DNA from: Spirochaetales bacterium
GTDB lineage: Bacteria > Spirochaetota > Spirochaetia > JABMQR01
NCBI GenBank assembly: GCA_018399255.1
Contig: JAGYPA010000001.1
Location: 1,019-65,018 of the forward strand
DNA length: 64,000 nt
Direction: 5' to 3'
The position numbers and the translations under genes were made by a program. Positions within the stretch are counted from its first letter, which is position 1, and the number at the start of each line of letters is the position of its first letter. Shown here one piece after another: positions 1-8,915 of the stretch. Under the pieces are notes generated by a model. The model had not been told where the DNA came from. It worked only from the letters and a program-made list of their open reading frames with translations, and did no database searches.

Positions 1-1873
1 GAAACCTCTGAATATTTACCGGCAGCCCGTCTGACAATTGAGAAAGCCTTGTAGATAATGAAGGAATGGTTTGGGCAAAAGAAAGTCTGCAGCCTGATGC
101 TGCTGCATCCCTCAATAGAGTAAGCAGAAGAGTTTTTTCCGGGAGCCGGGTAAAGAGATCATAACCGGCAATTGCCTCAAACCTGATTCCGGAAGCAATG
201 AGCTTCTTTATGCCTTCAAGTTGATCAGCCTTGATGAGGACTGGTCGTTCTTCTTCAGCCAGACTTCCTATGCAGCGGTTCAGCAGATCATATTCCCGGG
301 ACGAATCGGTAAACCCATAGACTCCCCCTTCAGGGACTTGGCGGCAGGATTCCCAGAGAAGCAAACCGGAAGCTGTCTGGGGTATAAGAATTCTGGCATG
401 ACGGGGAAGGTCGAGGGCGGCAAAAATCCTTTCCCTGATATCAGCAAGGCGATTGCCTCTGCCGGAAATCAACCGCTGCAGCCATTGGGCCTTTTCGCTG
501 TCGGGAGGTGAAAAGGTGAGGATTTCCGCGGAGCGGGTCTGGTCACTGGCAGCCATCTGGGCTTCCCGCTTTCTGAGTACAGAATCCCGGATGTTCTTCT
601 CAAATCCCTGATCGGATGGACGGTAGAAAATTTTACCCTGAAGACCTGCTGGAAGATATTGCTGTGCAGTCCAATGGTCCCGATAGGCATGGGGATAGAG
701 ATACCCTTCCCCATGCCCGAATCCTTTTTTGTCACGACTGCCGTCCTTGAGGTGATTGGGGACTTCACTGTCCTCTTCAGTTTCAATAGCTTTGAGAGCA
801 TCAAAGAAACCAAGCGTACTATTTGATTTCGGGGCCGCAGCAAGATAGATCGCCGCCTGAGTTAAATGGAAGCGTCCCTCGGGAAGCCCGACCCTATCAA
901 AGGCAGCTGCAGCAGATTCAACGATTCCCAGAGCCTGCGGGTCAGCTATGCCTATATCCTCGCTTGCCGATATCAGCATCCTGCGGAATATGTAGCGCGG
1001 ATTCTCACCAGCCCTCACCATCCGGGCCAGCCAATAGAGAGCAGCATCCGGATCAGAACCCCGAATAGACTTGATAAAGGCACTGATTACATCAAAGTGA
1101 TAATCTCCCTCCTTATCATAGAGCACAACCTTTTGCTGAATACTTTCTTCTGCGGCATTGCGGGTTATCTGAAGAACCTGGCTGCCGGTCGGAGGGAATT
1201 CATCCGAAGCGGTTTCCACGGCGAGCTGAAGTGCGTTGAGGAGGCTTCTGGCATCGCCGTTAGCTATTTCTACCAAGTGTTCAAGTGCACCCTGTTCAAA
1301 TATAACCGTATAGTTGCCGTACCCTCTGTCAGAATCTGAAAGGGCCTGCTCCGCTATTTTCAGCAGATCATCTCCGGAGAGCTTTTTTAATTGAAAAATC
1401 CTGCTCCGGCTGACAAGGGCCGAATTTACTTCAAAATAGGGATTTTCCGTTGTAGCGCCAATCAGGATAACCATACCATTTTCAACCCAGGGCAGCAGCG
1501 CATCCTGCTGTGATTTGTTCCAGCGGTGAACCTCATCGATAAAGAGGATGGTGCGGGTTCCATGCAGATCCAGACGTTCCCGTGCCTGTTCAATTTCCGC
1601 ACGCAGCTCCTTGACTCCGGATAGCACAGCATTCAGCGTAATAAAGCGGCTGCGGGTGGTGTTGGCGATCACCCTGGCCAGAGTGGTTTTACCTGTCCCC
1701 GGAGGGCCGTAAAAAATGACTGATGAAAGCTGATCGGCCTGAATAGCCCGGCGAAGGAGTCGCCCTTTGCCGACAATATGATCCTGCCCGATATATTCAT
1801 CAAGGATTCGGGGACGCATGCGGTAGGCGAGCGGCTGGGTATGTGTCTGCTGGGCTTCTGAAAAAAGATTCAT
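1..1873 (-). CDS. rarA: Replication-associated recombination protein RarA/MgsA (AAA+ ATPase) fused in frame to a C-terminal extension of at least 190 aa. The 3' end lies beyond the window start. It is absent from the ORF track because there is no in-window stop.
   Basis: Own translation from the ATG at 1873 (complement). Walker A GPPGTGKTTLA, the IDEVHRWNKSQQD box, and the characteristic C-terminal block (KDGSRDKKGFGHGEGYLYPHAY...GKIFYRPSDQGFEKNI) are present. The reading frame continues without a stop to nt 1. Confidence 0.85.
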   Translation of the reverse strand, partial: MNLFSEAQQTHTQPLAYRMRPRILDEYIGQDHIVGKGRLLRRAIQADQLSSVIFYGPPGTGKTTLARVIANTTRSRFITLNAVLSGVKELRAEIEQARERLDLHGTRTILFIDEVHRWNKSQQDALLPWVENGMVILIGATTENPYFEVNSALVSRSRIFQLKKLSGDDLLKIAEQALSDSDRGYGNYTVIFEQGALEHLVEIANGDARSLLNALQLAVETASDEFPPTGSQVLQITRNAAEESIQQKVVLYDKEGDYHFDVISAFIKSIRGSDPDAALYWLARMVRAGENPRYIFRRMLISASEDIGIADPQALGIVESAAAAFDRVGLPEGRFHLTQAAIYLAAAPKSNSTLGFFDALKAIETEEDSEVPNHLKDGSRDKKGFGHGEGYLYPHAYRDHWTAQQYLPAGLQGKIFYRPSDQGFEKNIRDSVLRKREAQMAASDQTRSAEILTFSPPDSEKAQWLQRLISGRGNRLADIRERIFAALDLPRHARILIPQTASGLLLWESCRQVPEGGVYGFTDSSREYDLLNRCIGSLAEEERPVLIKADQLEGIKKLIASGIRFEAIAGYDLFTRLPEKTLLLTLLRDAAASGCRLSFAQTIPSLSTRLSQLSDGLPVNIQRF

Positions 1874-2009
1874 TTCTCGATTATAGATGAGCAGATTATA
1901 AAAAGCAATAATTTGAAAAAGACGATTGAACTCTTGACAAATTAGGCTATGAAAGCGATTTTATAGGTGATGACTGCTGATTCTGTATACTGCAGAAGGA
2001 GAGACTACA

Positions 2010-2717
2010 GTGACTCAAGAAATGAAACATGCCTTTCTTGCCAATCGGGTTGAACGTGAGAAGCATATATTACGAAATGTCTATTCCTGGATGACAGCCG
2101 GACTTGGTCTTACGGGGGTCGTCGCTTATGGGGTATCCCAGTCTCCGTCGGTTCTTCGCATACTATTCGGTACCCCCGGTCTTTTTTTTATGCTGATGAT
2201 AGCAGAGCTCGGTCTGGTGATCTATTTGTCGGCAAGACTGCAGAAGATGTCGGCACAAAGTGCTGTTCTGGCATTTTCCGGCTATGCCCTGCTGAACGGA
2301 CTGACCCTTTCTTCGATATTCATTGCCTATACGGGACTTGAGCTGACTCAGGCTTTTTTCTCAGCTGCGGCAGCTTTCGGGGGCATGAGTCTCTACGGCA
2401 TGACCACAAAAAAGGAGCTTTCAGGAATAGCGCATTATCTGATTATGGGACTCTGGGGTATAATTATTGCAAGTCTCATAAATTTATTTATCGGCAGTGA
2501 TTCTCTCTACTACTTGATTTCTTATGCGGGTGTAGCTGTATTTATGGGGCTTACCGCCTGGGATACCCAGGTGATCAAGCGCTGGAACAGTCAGTACGGT
2601 TCATCTTTGACCGAGGAAGAGTATGTCAAACTCTCAATTATGGGTGCTCTGAAGCTCTACCTTGATTTTATCAATATGTTTCTCTTTTTGCTGCGAATAT
2701 TTTCGCGGAGAAATTAG
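2010..2717 (+). CDS. Bax inhibitor-1/YccA family inner membrane protein. It uses a GTG start with an AGGAG RBS 8 nt upstream.
   Basis: 235 aa with seven hydrophobic segments, typical of the BI-1/YbhL/YccA family in length and pattern. Confidence 0.8.
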   Translation: MTQEMKHAFLANRVEREKHILRNVYSWMTAGLGLTGVVAYGVSQSPSVLRILFGTPGLFFMLMIAELGLVIYLSARLQKMSAQSAVLAFSGYALLNGLTLSSIFIAYTGLELTQAFFSAAAAFGGMSLYGMTTKKELSGIAHYLIMGLWGIIIASLINLFIGSDSLYYLISYAGVAVFMGLTAWDTQVIKRWNSQYGSSLTEEEYVKLSIMGALKLYLDFINMFLFLLRIFSRRN

Positions 2718-2797
2718 AAGCTGACTTGCAGGCGTCCCCTGTTTTCGGCCCCTGTTTTTTTGCAGGAGCCTCGATGCATAGTGAGATAACACCCATA

Positions 2798-3529
2798 TCA
2801 CCCATATCTCCTATATACAGAGGCTACATGACCATCCCTGAGAGCTGAGGAAAGGTTATCGAAGGTTGGTTCCGTATACCCGCTGATGAAAAATGATCGC
2901 CTTCCGATTGAAGCAGGATAATGAGCATCGGATCCAGTGATTACTGTATTACTGTATACCTCTGCTGTTGGCGGCAGAGAGAGTGATTCTACGGCACTGT
3001 AGGGTAAATCGGGAAGGAAGCCAAGCTGTGAAACAGCACCGTTGGCGGGTCGGTCGATATGAGCAGGTATAACCAGCCCCCCCCTGTCAAGAACCAGCGG
3101 GACAAGATCAAAAAACGAAATGGATGAACTGCTGAAAAGACTGACATCGACAAACCCCAGGACCTGTTCGTCGGGATCAACAATAACCTGATCTCCGAAA
3201 ATATCAGGATCATTGGCTATATCCGGCAGTGATGCTTCAATTAAATTCCCGAATTTTTCAGCCTGCCCCAGTTCTCTGAACAGGCAGACGACATGAACCT
3301 CTTCAAAGGTGTTAACCTCCAGTCCGAATACCGGCGTTATCCCGGCTCTGCGGCAGCAGACAGCAAAAGCCGGCAGGTTGCGGGTTGAGTTGTGGTCGGT
3401 AAGGGCAAGAATGTCAATACCCCTGGCAGCGGCTCCCTGAACCAGAACCTCCGGAGACATCTCGAGACTACCGCAGGGGCTGAGACAAGAATGGTTATGA
3501 AGGTCCGTACGGATCAGATTTCCGTTCAT
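2798..3529 (-). CDS. PHP-domain (polymerase/histidinol-phosphatase-like) metal-dependent phosphoesterase.
   Basis: N-terminal DLHNHS and TDHNS motifs followed by later HID and GSDAH motifs, as in PHP domains. Confidence 0.7.
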   Translation of the reverse strand: MNGNLIRTDLHNHSCLSPCGSLEMSPEVLVQGAAARGIDILALTDHNSTRNLPAFAVCCRRAGITPVFGLEVNTFEEVHVVCLFRELGQAEKFGNLIEASLPDIANDPDIFGDQVIVDPDEQVLGFVDVSLFSSSSISFFDLVPLVLDRGGLVIPAHIDRPANGAVSQLGFLPDLPYSAVESLSLPPTAEVYSNTVITGSDAHYPASIGRRSFFISGYTEPTFDNLSSALRDGHVASVYRRYG

Positions 3530-3540
3530 GCATCGGCCTT

Positions 3541-3912
3541 TCAGGATTTAGTAAGCAGCTCTGCTGTTTTCCAGGATGCAGTGAATTGGTTATCTCCAGT
3601 AGTGTAGAGGGCAATGGCGTGTTCTTCAGCCGCTGTGAGCATGTCCACCGGTACCTTTCTGCCGCTGCAAATGATTATTGCCCGTATGCCTGCCAAAGCA
3701 GCAACTGCGACACTGTTTCTGTGCGCCTGGATAGTTATCAGGACGCTGTCTTCTTCGGCATTTGCCATCACGTCACTCAGCAGATCTGAAGTAAATCCGC
3801 TGGTTATGATAACGTCTTCCCCGGGCAGAAAGATTTCCCTGTACCCCAGATGTTCTTTTATGCTTGATCCTTTCACCAGTCTCTCCTTCTTCGGGCATTT
3901 GCATTTTTTCAT
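3541..3912 (-). CDS. DRTGG-domain protein.
   Basis: 123 aa with a DRTGG-like core (ALYTTGDN ... AIIICSG). It sits between the CBS-GHKL and PHP genes, as in conserved CBS/DRTGG clusters. Confidence 0.65.
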   Translation of the reverse strand: MKKCKCPKKERLVKGSSIKEHLGYREIFLPGEDVIITSGFTSDLLSDVMANAEEDSVLITIQAHRNSVAVAALAGIRAIIICSGRKVPVDMLTAAEEHAIALYTTGDNQFTASWKTAELLTKS

Positions 3913-3961
3913 TGGCGCTGCATAGTTGCTGTCGCCGTTTTTATTATGTTTACTCGATATT

Positions 3962-4876
3962 TCATTTTAAAAGATAGATTACCGCAACGATAGCAGTCCC
4001 TTTCCCCATCTCAGAGGTGATGGTAAATTCATCTGAAACGCGTTTTACATTCGGGAGCCCCATACCTGCCCCGAATCCCAGGGAACGGATCCAGGAATTT
4101 GCGGTCGAGAATCCTTCTTCCATAGCGGCATCGATATCCGGTATCCCCGGACCTGTATCGGAAACCGTAAGCTTCAGTTTATTATCACCGTATTCCGTTG
4201 TTATAGTACCCCCTTCCGAGTGGACAACAAGATTTATTTCCAGCTCATAAGAGGCTACGGCTGCCCGGCGAATTGCGGCGGAATCGATATTCTCTGATTT
4301 CAGAAATTTTTTCAGCTCGGTGGAAGCGTATCCTGCATTCTCAAAATTATGCCGCAAAACGGTAAATGTCTGTTTTTTTACTATCGAATCATCATGAGAT
4401 ATATGTTTTGCAGCAGCCCGCTCAATGGCATCAACTTCACGATTTATTTCCAGAAGAAGTCTGGCAGATATATCGCGGGTAGTAACCATGCCGACCAGTT
4501 CCTTTTTTTTGCTGAGAACAGGAAACCGATGATAGGGGTAGGTATCAAAATACGTTATGGCAAATGATACCGGCATGTCATCTTCAAGCACCGTCAGATT
4601 CCGGGTCATATGTTTTTCTGCCGGCTCTTCAATATAGCCCAGATCGAGGGCTTGAATTATGTCATCCATGCTGACAAGCCCCAGCAGACGTTTTCCTTGA
4701 ACGATAGGAATACCGGTAACATTTTTATCCCGCATAAGCAGCTGAATCGAACGTAGAGTGGCAGATTTGTCAGCTGTTACCAGAGGAGTGCTCATGACAT
4801 CCTTTATTTTCAGTCGATAGATAAGCTCGAGGATAACTGTCGGTGAATTAATTGTATTGATAGGAATCGGTTTCAT
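3962..4876 (-). CDS. CBS-pair protein fused to a GHKL/HATPase_c domain (RsbW/SpoIIAB-like Ser kinase-type ATPase).
   Basis: Two CBS repeats (VMSTPLVTADKSATL...; HRFPVLSKKKELVGMVTTRDI) followed by a C-terminal G-box region (DTGPGIPD ... GFGAGMGL). Confidence 0.7.
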   Translation of the reverse strand: MKPIPINTINSPTVILELIYRLKIKDVMSTPLVTADKSATLRSIQLLMRDKNVTGIPIVQGKRLLGLVSMDDIIQALDLGYIEEPAEKHMTRNLTVLEDDMPVSFAITYFDTYPYHRFPVLSKKKELVGMVTTRDISARLLLEINREVDAIERAAAKHISHDDSIVKKQTFTVLRHNFENAGYASTELKKFLKSENIDSAAIRRAAVASYELEINLVVHSEGGTITTEYGDNKLKLTVSDTGPGIPDIDAAMEEGFSTANSWIRSLGFGAGMGLPNVKRVSDEFTITSEMGKGTAIVAVIYLLK

Positions 4877-5020
4877 TTTGCCAGTATAGTAGTTTACGCT
4901 GATTGATACAATCTTTATGATGGGTTAGGCTTTACGTTGCATCTGCACAATTCGTGGATATTTTTTTCCTTTGATTTGGCAGTATGCTTTACAAGTAAAA
5001 AGGAAAATCAGGAGCTGCAA

Positions 5021-6139
5021 ATGCGCGATATCCGTCACAGAAAGTTGGCTGAACTGCTGGTAAACTACTCAATAGCACTGAAAAAAGGGGAAAGCTGCCT
5101 CATTAATGCCGTCGACGTACCGTTGGAAATGGTGGAAGAACTTGTAGAGGCTGTCTATCGGGCCGGGGGATATCCCCTGGTCAACATCGATTTTGAACGC
5201 CTGCATCGTACGCTGACTGCTGGTGCATCAGCTGAAAGTCTCCAGCTCTTTGCCGACTGCGACCGCTATCGAATGGAAAGAGTTGATACGTTTATCGGTA
5301 TTCGCGGTCCGGCTAACAGTCGGGAGACCGGGGACCTGCCTGAAGAACAGAATTCGCTCTATATGAGAGAATATTACGAAGAAGTTCATTCAAAAGTCAG
5401 ACTGTCGCGAACCCGGTGGGTGGTTCTCCGTTACCCGACGGAGATTATGGCCTTCTCAGCGGGAATGTCTACCGTGGAATTTGAAAACTTCTACTATACC
5501 GTAACCACCGAAGTTGACTATAAAAGAATGTCACAGGCGATGAAGCCTGCGGTGGATTTTCTTGAACAGGCAAAGAGGGTCCGCATAACTGGACCGGGCA
5601 CGGATCTGCGATTCAGTATTGACGGAATGCCTGCAATACCCTGTGATGGAAAGATGAACATTCCAGATGGGGAAATATACACCTGTCCCGTTATAGACAG
5701 TGTCGAAGGAACCATAGCGTATAATACTCCATCCACGTATGACGGGTTTACCTATAACCACGTATCCTTGGATTTTTCCCGGGGAAAAATCGTGGAAGCC
5801 CGTGCCAATAATAGCAAGCGTATCAATGCGCTTCTCGATATTGATTCCGGTGCCCGCTATATCGGGGAATTTGCCCTCGGATGCAATCCCGTCGTCACCT
5901 TTCCCATGGATAACACCCTCTTTGATGAAAAGATAATGGGGTCATTTCATTTTACTCCGGGCAATGCATATGATGACTGTGATAACGGCAATCGAAGTGC
6001 CGTTCACTGGGACCTGGTGGCAATACAGACGCCGGAATACGGCGGCGGTGAGATCTGGATAGATGACGTTCTCATCCGAAAGGAGGGCCTGTTTGTTCAC
6101 CGGGCTTTTAAAGACCTCAATCCTGACAGTCTCCTGTAA
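5021..6139 (+). CDS. Aminopeptidase, M29 family (AmpS/PepS-type thermophilic metalloprotease). The start is called at MRDIRH, with an AGGAG RBS 6 nt upstream, rather than at the ORF-track start of 4937.
   Basis: Length and conserved blocks (GIRGPANS, GEFALGCNP, HWDLV) match peptidase M29. RBS placement supports the internal ATG. Confidence 0.75.
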   Translation: MRDIRHRKLAELLVNYSIALKKGESCLINAVDVPLEMVEELVEAVYRAGGYPLVNIDFERLHRTLTAGASAESLQLFADCDRYRMERVDTFIGIRGPANSRETGDLPEEQNSLYMREYYEEVHSKVRLSRTRWVVLRYPTEIMAFSAGMSTVEFENFYYTVTTEVDYKRMSQAMKPAVDFLEQAKRVRITGPGTDLRFSIDGMPAIPCDGKMNIPDGEIYTCPVIDSVEGTIAYNTPSTYDGFTYNHVSLDFSRGKIVEARANNSKRINALLDIDSGARYIGEFALGCNPVVTFPMDNTLFDEKIMGSFHFTPGNAYDDCDNGNRSAVHWDLVAIQTPEYGGGEIWIDDVLIRKEGLFVHRAFKDLNPDSLL

Positions 6140-6156
6140 TCTTCAGGCTCAAAAAG

Positions 6157-6390
6157 TCATTCCTGATTCATCAGGGAAAATTCGGGTTCTTCATTATCCC
6201 TCAGGTTGGGATTGGTGAGTATCTCGATCCGCTGCTCTGCCTCTTTCAGCTCCTTCTCAAGCTCGCGCGCAAGAACTACGCCTTCCTCGAAGAGAGCTAG
6301 TGATTGCTCCAAAGTGATTTCCGAACTTTTTACAGCTGTCTGTATCGCTTCCAACCTTGTGAGATTCTGTTCAAAATCTTTCATTGCCAT
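6157..6390 (-). CDS. xseB: Exodeoxyribonuclease VII small subunit.
   Basis: MAMKDFEQNLTRLEAIQTAVKSSEITLEQSLALFEEGVVLAREL matches the XseB helix-hairpin. A GGAGG RBS lies 9 nt upstream of the ATG at 6390. The gene overlaps the xseA stop. Confidence 0.8.
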   Translation of the reverse strand: MAMKDFEQNLTRLEAIQTAVKSSEITLEQSLALFEEGVVLARELEKELKEAEQRIEILTNPNLRDNEEPEFSLMNQE

Positions 6391-7618
6391 TACGTATTTC
6401 CTCCACTTGCGCACCTGTTCTGCCGTCTGAAAAGTCAATATACAGGTGCTGACCGGTCCGGGTCTGTTTACCGGAACGAATGAGTTTTCCCGTAGATGCG
6501 TCGGTAACTGCTGCATATCCTCGTTCAAGTATATTCCGGGGTGAATGAGCTTGAAGCAGGTTCTTCTGCATTTCCACTGTATGGGAAAGGTTGTGTATGT
6601 TATCATGAATGCTTCGTTCCATGGAGCTTCGCAAATCATCAAGCTTCAGACGGACAGGTTCGATATATCTGAAGAATCTGTCCTGCAGCTGTTCAGAAGA
6701 AAATGGCTGCAGAAGCGAACGGATGCGTGAAACCCGTCCAAGAGCGATACTCGTTATGAAATCCCGCTGCGAGCGTATTTTCTGAAGAAGGTCCATGGTC
6801 TGGGCTGTTACCAGTTCAGCGGCAGCCGAGGGAGTCGGAGCTCGGCGGTCGGCTGCATAATCGCACAAAGCCCAGTCAATCTCATGCCCCACTGCAGATA
6901 TAACCGGTATCCGGGATTCGGCAACGGCCCGGACAACCTGCTCGTCGGAAAAAGGCAAAAGATCCTCCAATGATCCGCCGCCGCGGCCGATAATTATTAC
7001 ATCGCCGAGATTAAACCGATTCGCAAGCTCCAGACCTCGTCTGAGTGCCGGTGCAGCATCGGCTCCCTGTACCGCAGCCGGAATAATCCGGACAACAGCG
7101 CCGGAATTTCTTCTGGAAAGCACTTGGAGAATATCCTTAAAGGCTGCCCCCGTGGGTGAAGAAATAACAACAATCTTTCCGGGAAATAACGGGACAGGTT
7201 TTTTTCTGTCAGCGTCGAATAAACCTTCTGCCGAAAACTTTCTTTTTCGCTCTTCCAGCATCGCCAGAATAGTACCTTCTCCGGCAGCCTGGATGGATGT
7301 ACAGATAATCTGATAGGTGCCGCGCTGTTCATACACCGAAATCGAACCTTTAACAATAACTTTCTGGCCGTCACGAGGCTTCACGCTGACTTGCATTTGA
7401 CGGTTTCTGAACATGACAGCTGAAATAGCAGCACGTTCATCCTTAAGGGTGAAATACCAGTGCCCGGAGCTTGCCGGACGAAAGTTGGAAATTTCCCCTT
7501 CAATGGTTATATGCATTAAAGTTGATTCAAGAACTTCTTTTACTAATGAGGTTATTTGGGAAACTGAAAAAATATGACTGTCAGATTCAGTTTGAAAAAA
7601 ATGATTGTTCATGTTCAC
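6371..7618 (-). CDS. xseA: Exodeoxyribonuclease VII large subunit. The ORF-track start is GTG; an ATG lies 2 codons downstream.
   Basis: OB-fold N-terminus followed by the catalytic core (GRGGGSLEDL, PVISAVGHEID). Confidence 0.9.
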   Translation of the reverse strand: MNMNNHFFQTESDSHIFSVSQITSLVKEVLESTLMHITIEGEISNFRPASSGHWYFTLKDERAAISAVMFRNRQMQVSVKPRDGQKVIVKGSISVYEQRGTYQIICTSIQAAGEGTILAMLEERKRKFSAEGLFDADRKKPVPLFPGKIVVISSPTGAAFKDILQVLSRRNSGAVVRIIPAAVQGADAAPALRRGLELANRFNLGDVIIIGRGGGSLEDLLPFSDEQVVRAVAESRIPVISAVGHEIDWALCDYAADRRAPTPSAAAELVTAQTMDLLQKIRSQRDFITSIALGRVSRIRSLLQPFSSEQLQDRFFRYIEPVRLKLDDLRSSMERSIHDNIHNLSHTVEMQKNLLQAHSPRNILERGYAAVTDASTGKLIRSGKQTRTGQHLYIDFSDGRTGAQVEEIRNGNERF

Positions 7619-7671
7619 CTGTTCAGAGTACAGAGTTTCCGGGAGCCATTCAAGAGAAATCCATAAATCAG

Positions 7672-7708
7672 GATAAAAAAAAGGCTGCCTTGAATAGGAG
7701 CCTTTTTT
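7672..7708 (-). terminator. Rho-independent terminator downstream of the ferredoxin gene. It is symmetric, with an A-run before and a T-run after the stem.
   Basis: aaaaaaaAGGCTgCC ttgaata GGAGCCTtttttt gives an 8-bp stem with a 1-nt bulge. On the minus strand it is followed by TTTTTTTT. Confidence 0.6.
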
Positions 7709-7763
7709 AATCCTTTTCTCTGGATCATGCAGTGCTCTACATAATCCGGTATCTGTTTAGAAG

Positions 7764-7931
7764 CTAACCGGCAATAATTGCTTCGGTAGGACATACATCT
7801 GCGCAAGCGCCGCAGTCAGTACACAGATCAGCATCGATTACATAGATGTCACCTTCAGAAATTGCATCTACGGGACATTCTGGAAGGCAGCTGCCGCATG
7901 CTATGCATGCATCAGTAATTTTGTAAGCCAT
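7764..7931 (-). CDS. Ferredoxin, 2x[4Fe-4S] clostridial type, 55 aa. It is absent from the ORF track because it is under 60 aa.
   Basis: Own translation: MAYKITDACIACGSCLPECPVDAISEGDIYVIDADLCTDCGACADVCPTEAIIAG, with two CxxCxxCxxxCP motifs. An AAGGAG RBS lies 6 nt upstream. Confidence 0.8.
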   Translation of the reverse strand: MAYKITDACIACGSCLPECPVDAISEGDIYVIDADLCTDCGACADVCPTEAIIAG

Positions 7932-8133
7932 GGAAGTCTCCTTATCATGAAATTATGTTTACCTGACTATATACCTCCTGCCAATGGCTAGTCAAGAAAC
8001 CGCCTGGAGAGAAAGCGGGAAATCAGGCAAGAGAAACCATCGAAAAAAAATATTATGTTTTTATAGTAACAATATGTTATTATCTGGACATTACGTTATT
8101 TTTGTTTTATTATAATTTCTAAGGAGTTTGATT

Positions 8134-8886
8134 GTGAAAATTGTCATAAACGGCTATGGAAGAATGGGAAAGCTTATCCGGCAAACCGCTCTTTCCCGCG
8201 GACACCAGATAACTGCGATCATCGACCCCGCTGAAGAACTTCCAGAAGTAACCGAAAAAGAACTTACCGCTGCAAGTATCAAGGATTCGGATGTGGTAAT
8301 TGATTTTACGGTACCCCAAACGGCAGTGAAGAATATTTCCGTTATTGCTGATGCCGGAGTCTCAGCAGTTATAGGAACCACCGGATGGTATGACCATGAA
8401 TCGGAAGTGAAAGCACTTGTTGAGCGCGCCGGCACCGGGCTCATCTGGTCAGGAAATTTCTCCCTCGGGGTGAATCTTCTTTTTCAGATCATCAGGGAAA
8501 CCGGGGCGATAATGAACAATTTTCCCGAATATGATGTGATGATACATGAGTTTCACCATGCTGGAAAAGCTGATAGTCCGTCAGGTACAGCAGAGATGCT
8601 CAGCACGTTCCTTATTGACGCCGTTGACCGTAAAAGTCGAAAAGTAACTGAGGCTCTTCAGCGACGGATAGAACCCGATGAACTGCATGTATCCTCAACC
8701 CGCGGCGGAAATATTCCTGGTACGCACACTATAGTATTTGACAGCAGTGAAGACACCATTGAAATTACTCATCGGGCAAGAAACAGAATGGGATTTGCCC
8801 TTGGAGCAGTTAAGGCTGCCGAATGGATAGCCGGCAAAACCGGTTATTATTCTCTAGATGATATGATGCACAGCATCCTTCAGTAA
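8134..8886 (+). CDS. dapB: 4-hydroxy-tetrahydrodipicolinate reductase. A GTG start 7 nt after AAGGAG is preferred over the TTG at 8128.
   Basis: N-terminal Rossmann motif VINGYGRMG and the EFHHAGKADSPSGTA active-site block. Confidence 0.9.
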   Translation: MKIVINGYGRMGKLIRQTALSRGHQITAIIDPAEELPEVTEKELTAASIKDSDVVIDFTVPQTAVKNISVIADAGVSAVIGTTGWYDHESEVKALVERAGTGLIWSGNFSLGVNLLFQIIRETGAIMNNFPEYDVMIHEFHHAGKADSPSGTAEMLSTFLIDAVDRKSRKVTEALQRRIEPDELHVSSTRGGNIPGTHTIVFDSSEDTIEITHRARNRMGFALGAVKAAEWIAGKTGYYSLDDMMHSILQ

Positions 8887-8915
8887 TAATAATTAAGATT
8901 GAGAGGAGATTGAAA

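Noticed and set aside
221-1339. ORF-track calls 221-511(+), 469-843(-), 823-1068(+) and 866-1339(+).
   Set aside because: All lie inside, or out of frame with, the continuous RarA reading frame (1-1873, minus). None has a recognisable motif or RBS. They are spurious overlapping ORFs.
4960-4985. Possible sigma54-like element TGGCAG-N5-TTTAC upstream of the aminopeptidase.
   Set aside because: The -12 position lacks the invariant GC (it reads TA), so it does not fit the GG-N10-GC rule.
8067-8079. TAACAATATGTTA element in the dapB / ferredoxin divergent promoter, considered as a sixth TACA-N4-TGTA site.
   Set aside because: The half-site spacing is N3 rather than N4, and two of the eight half-site positions differ. 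It is kept only as a weak note under the ferredoxin finding.
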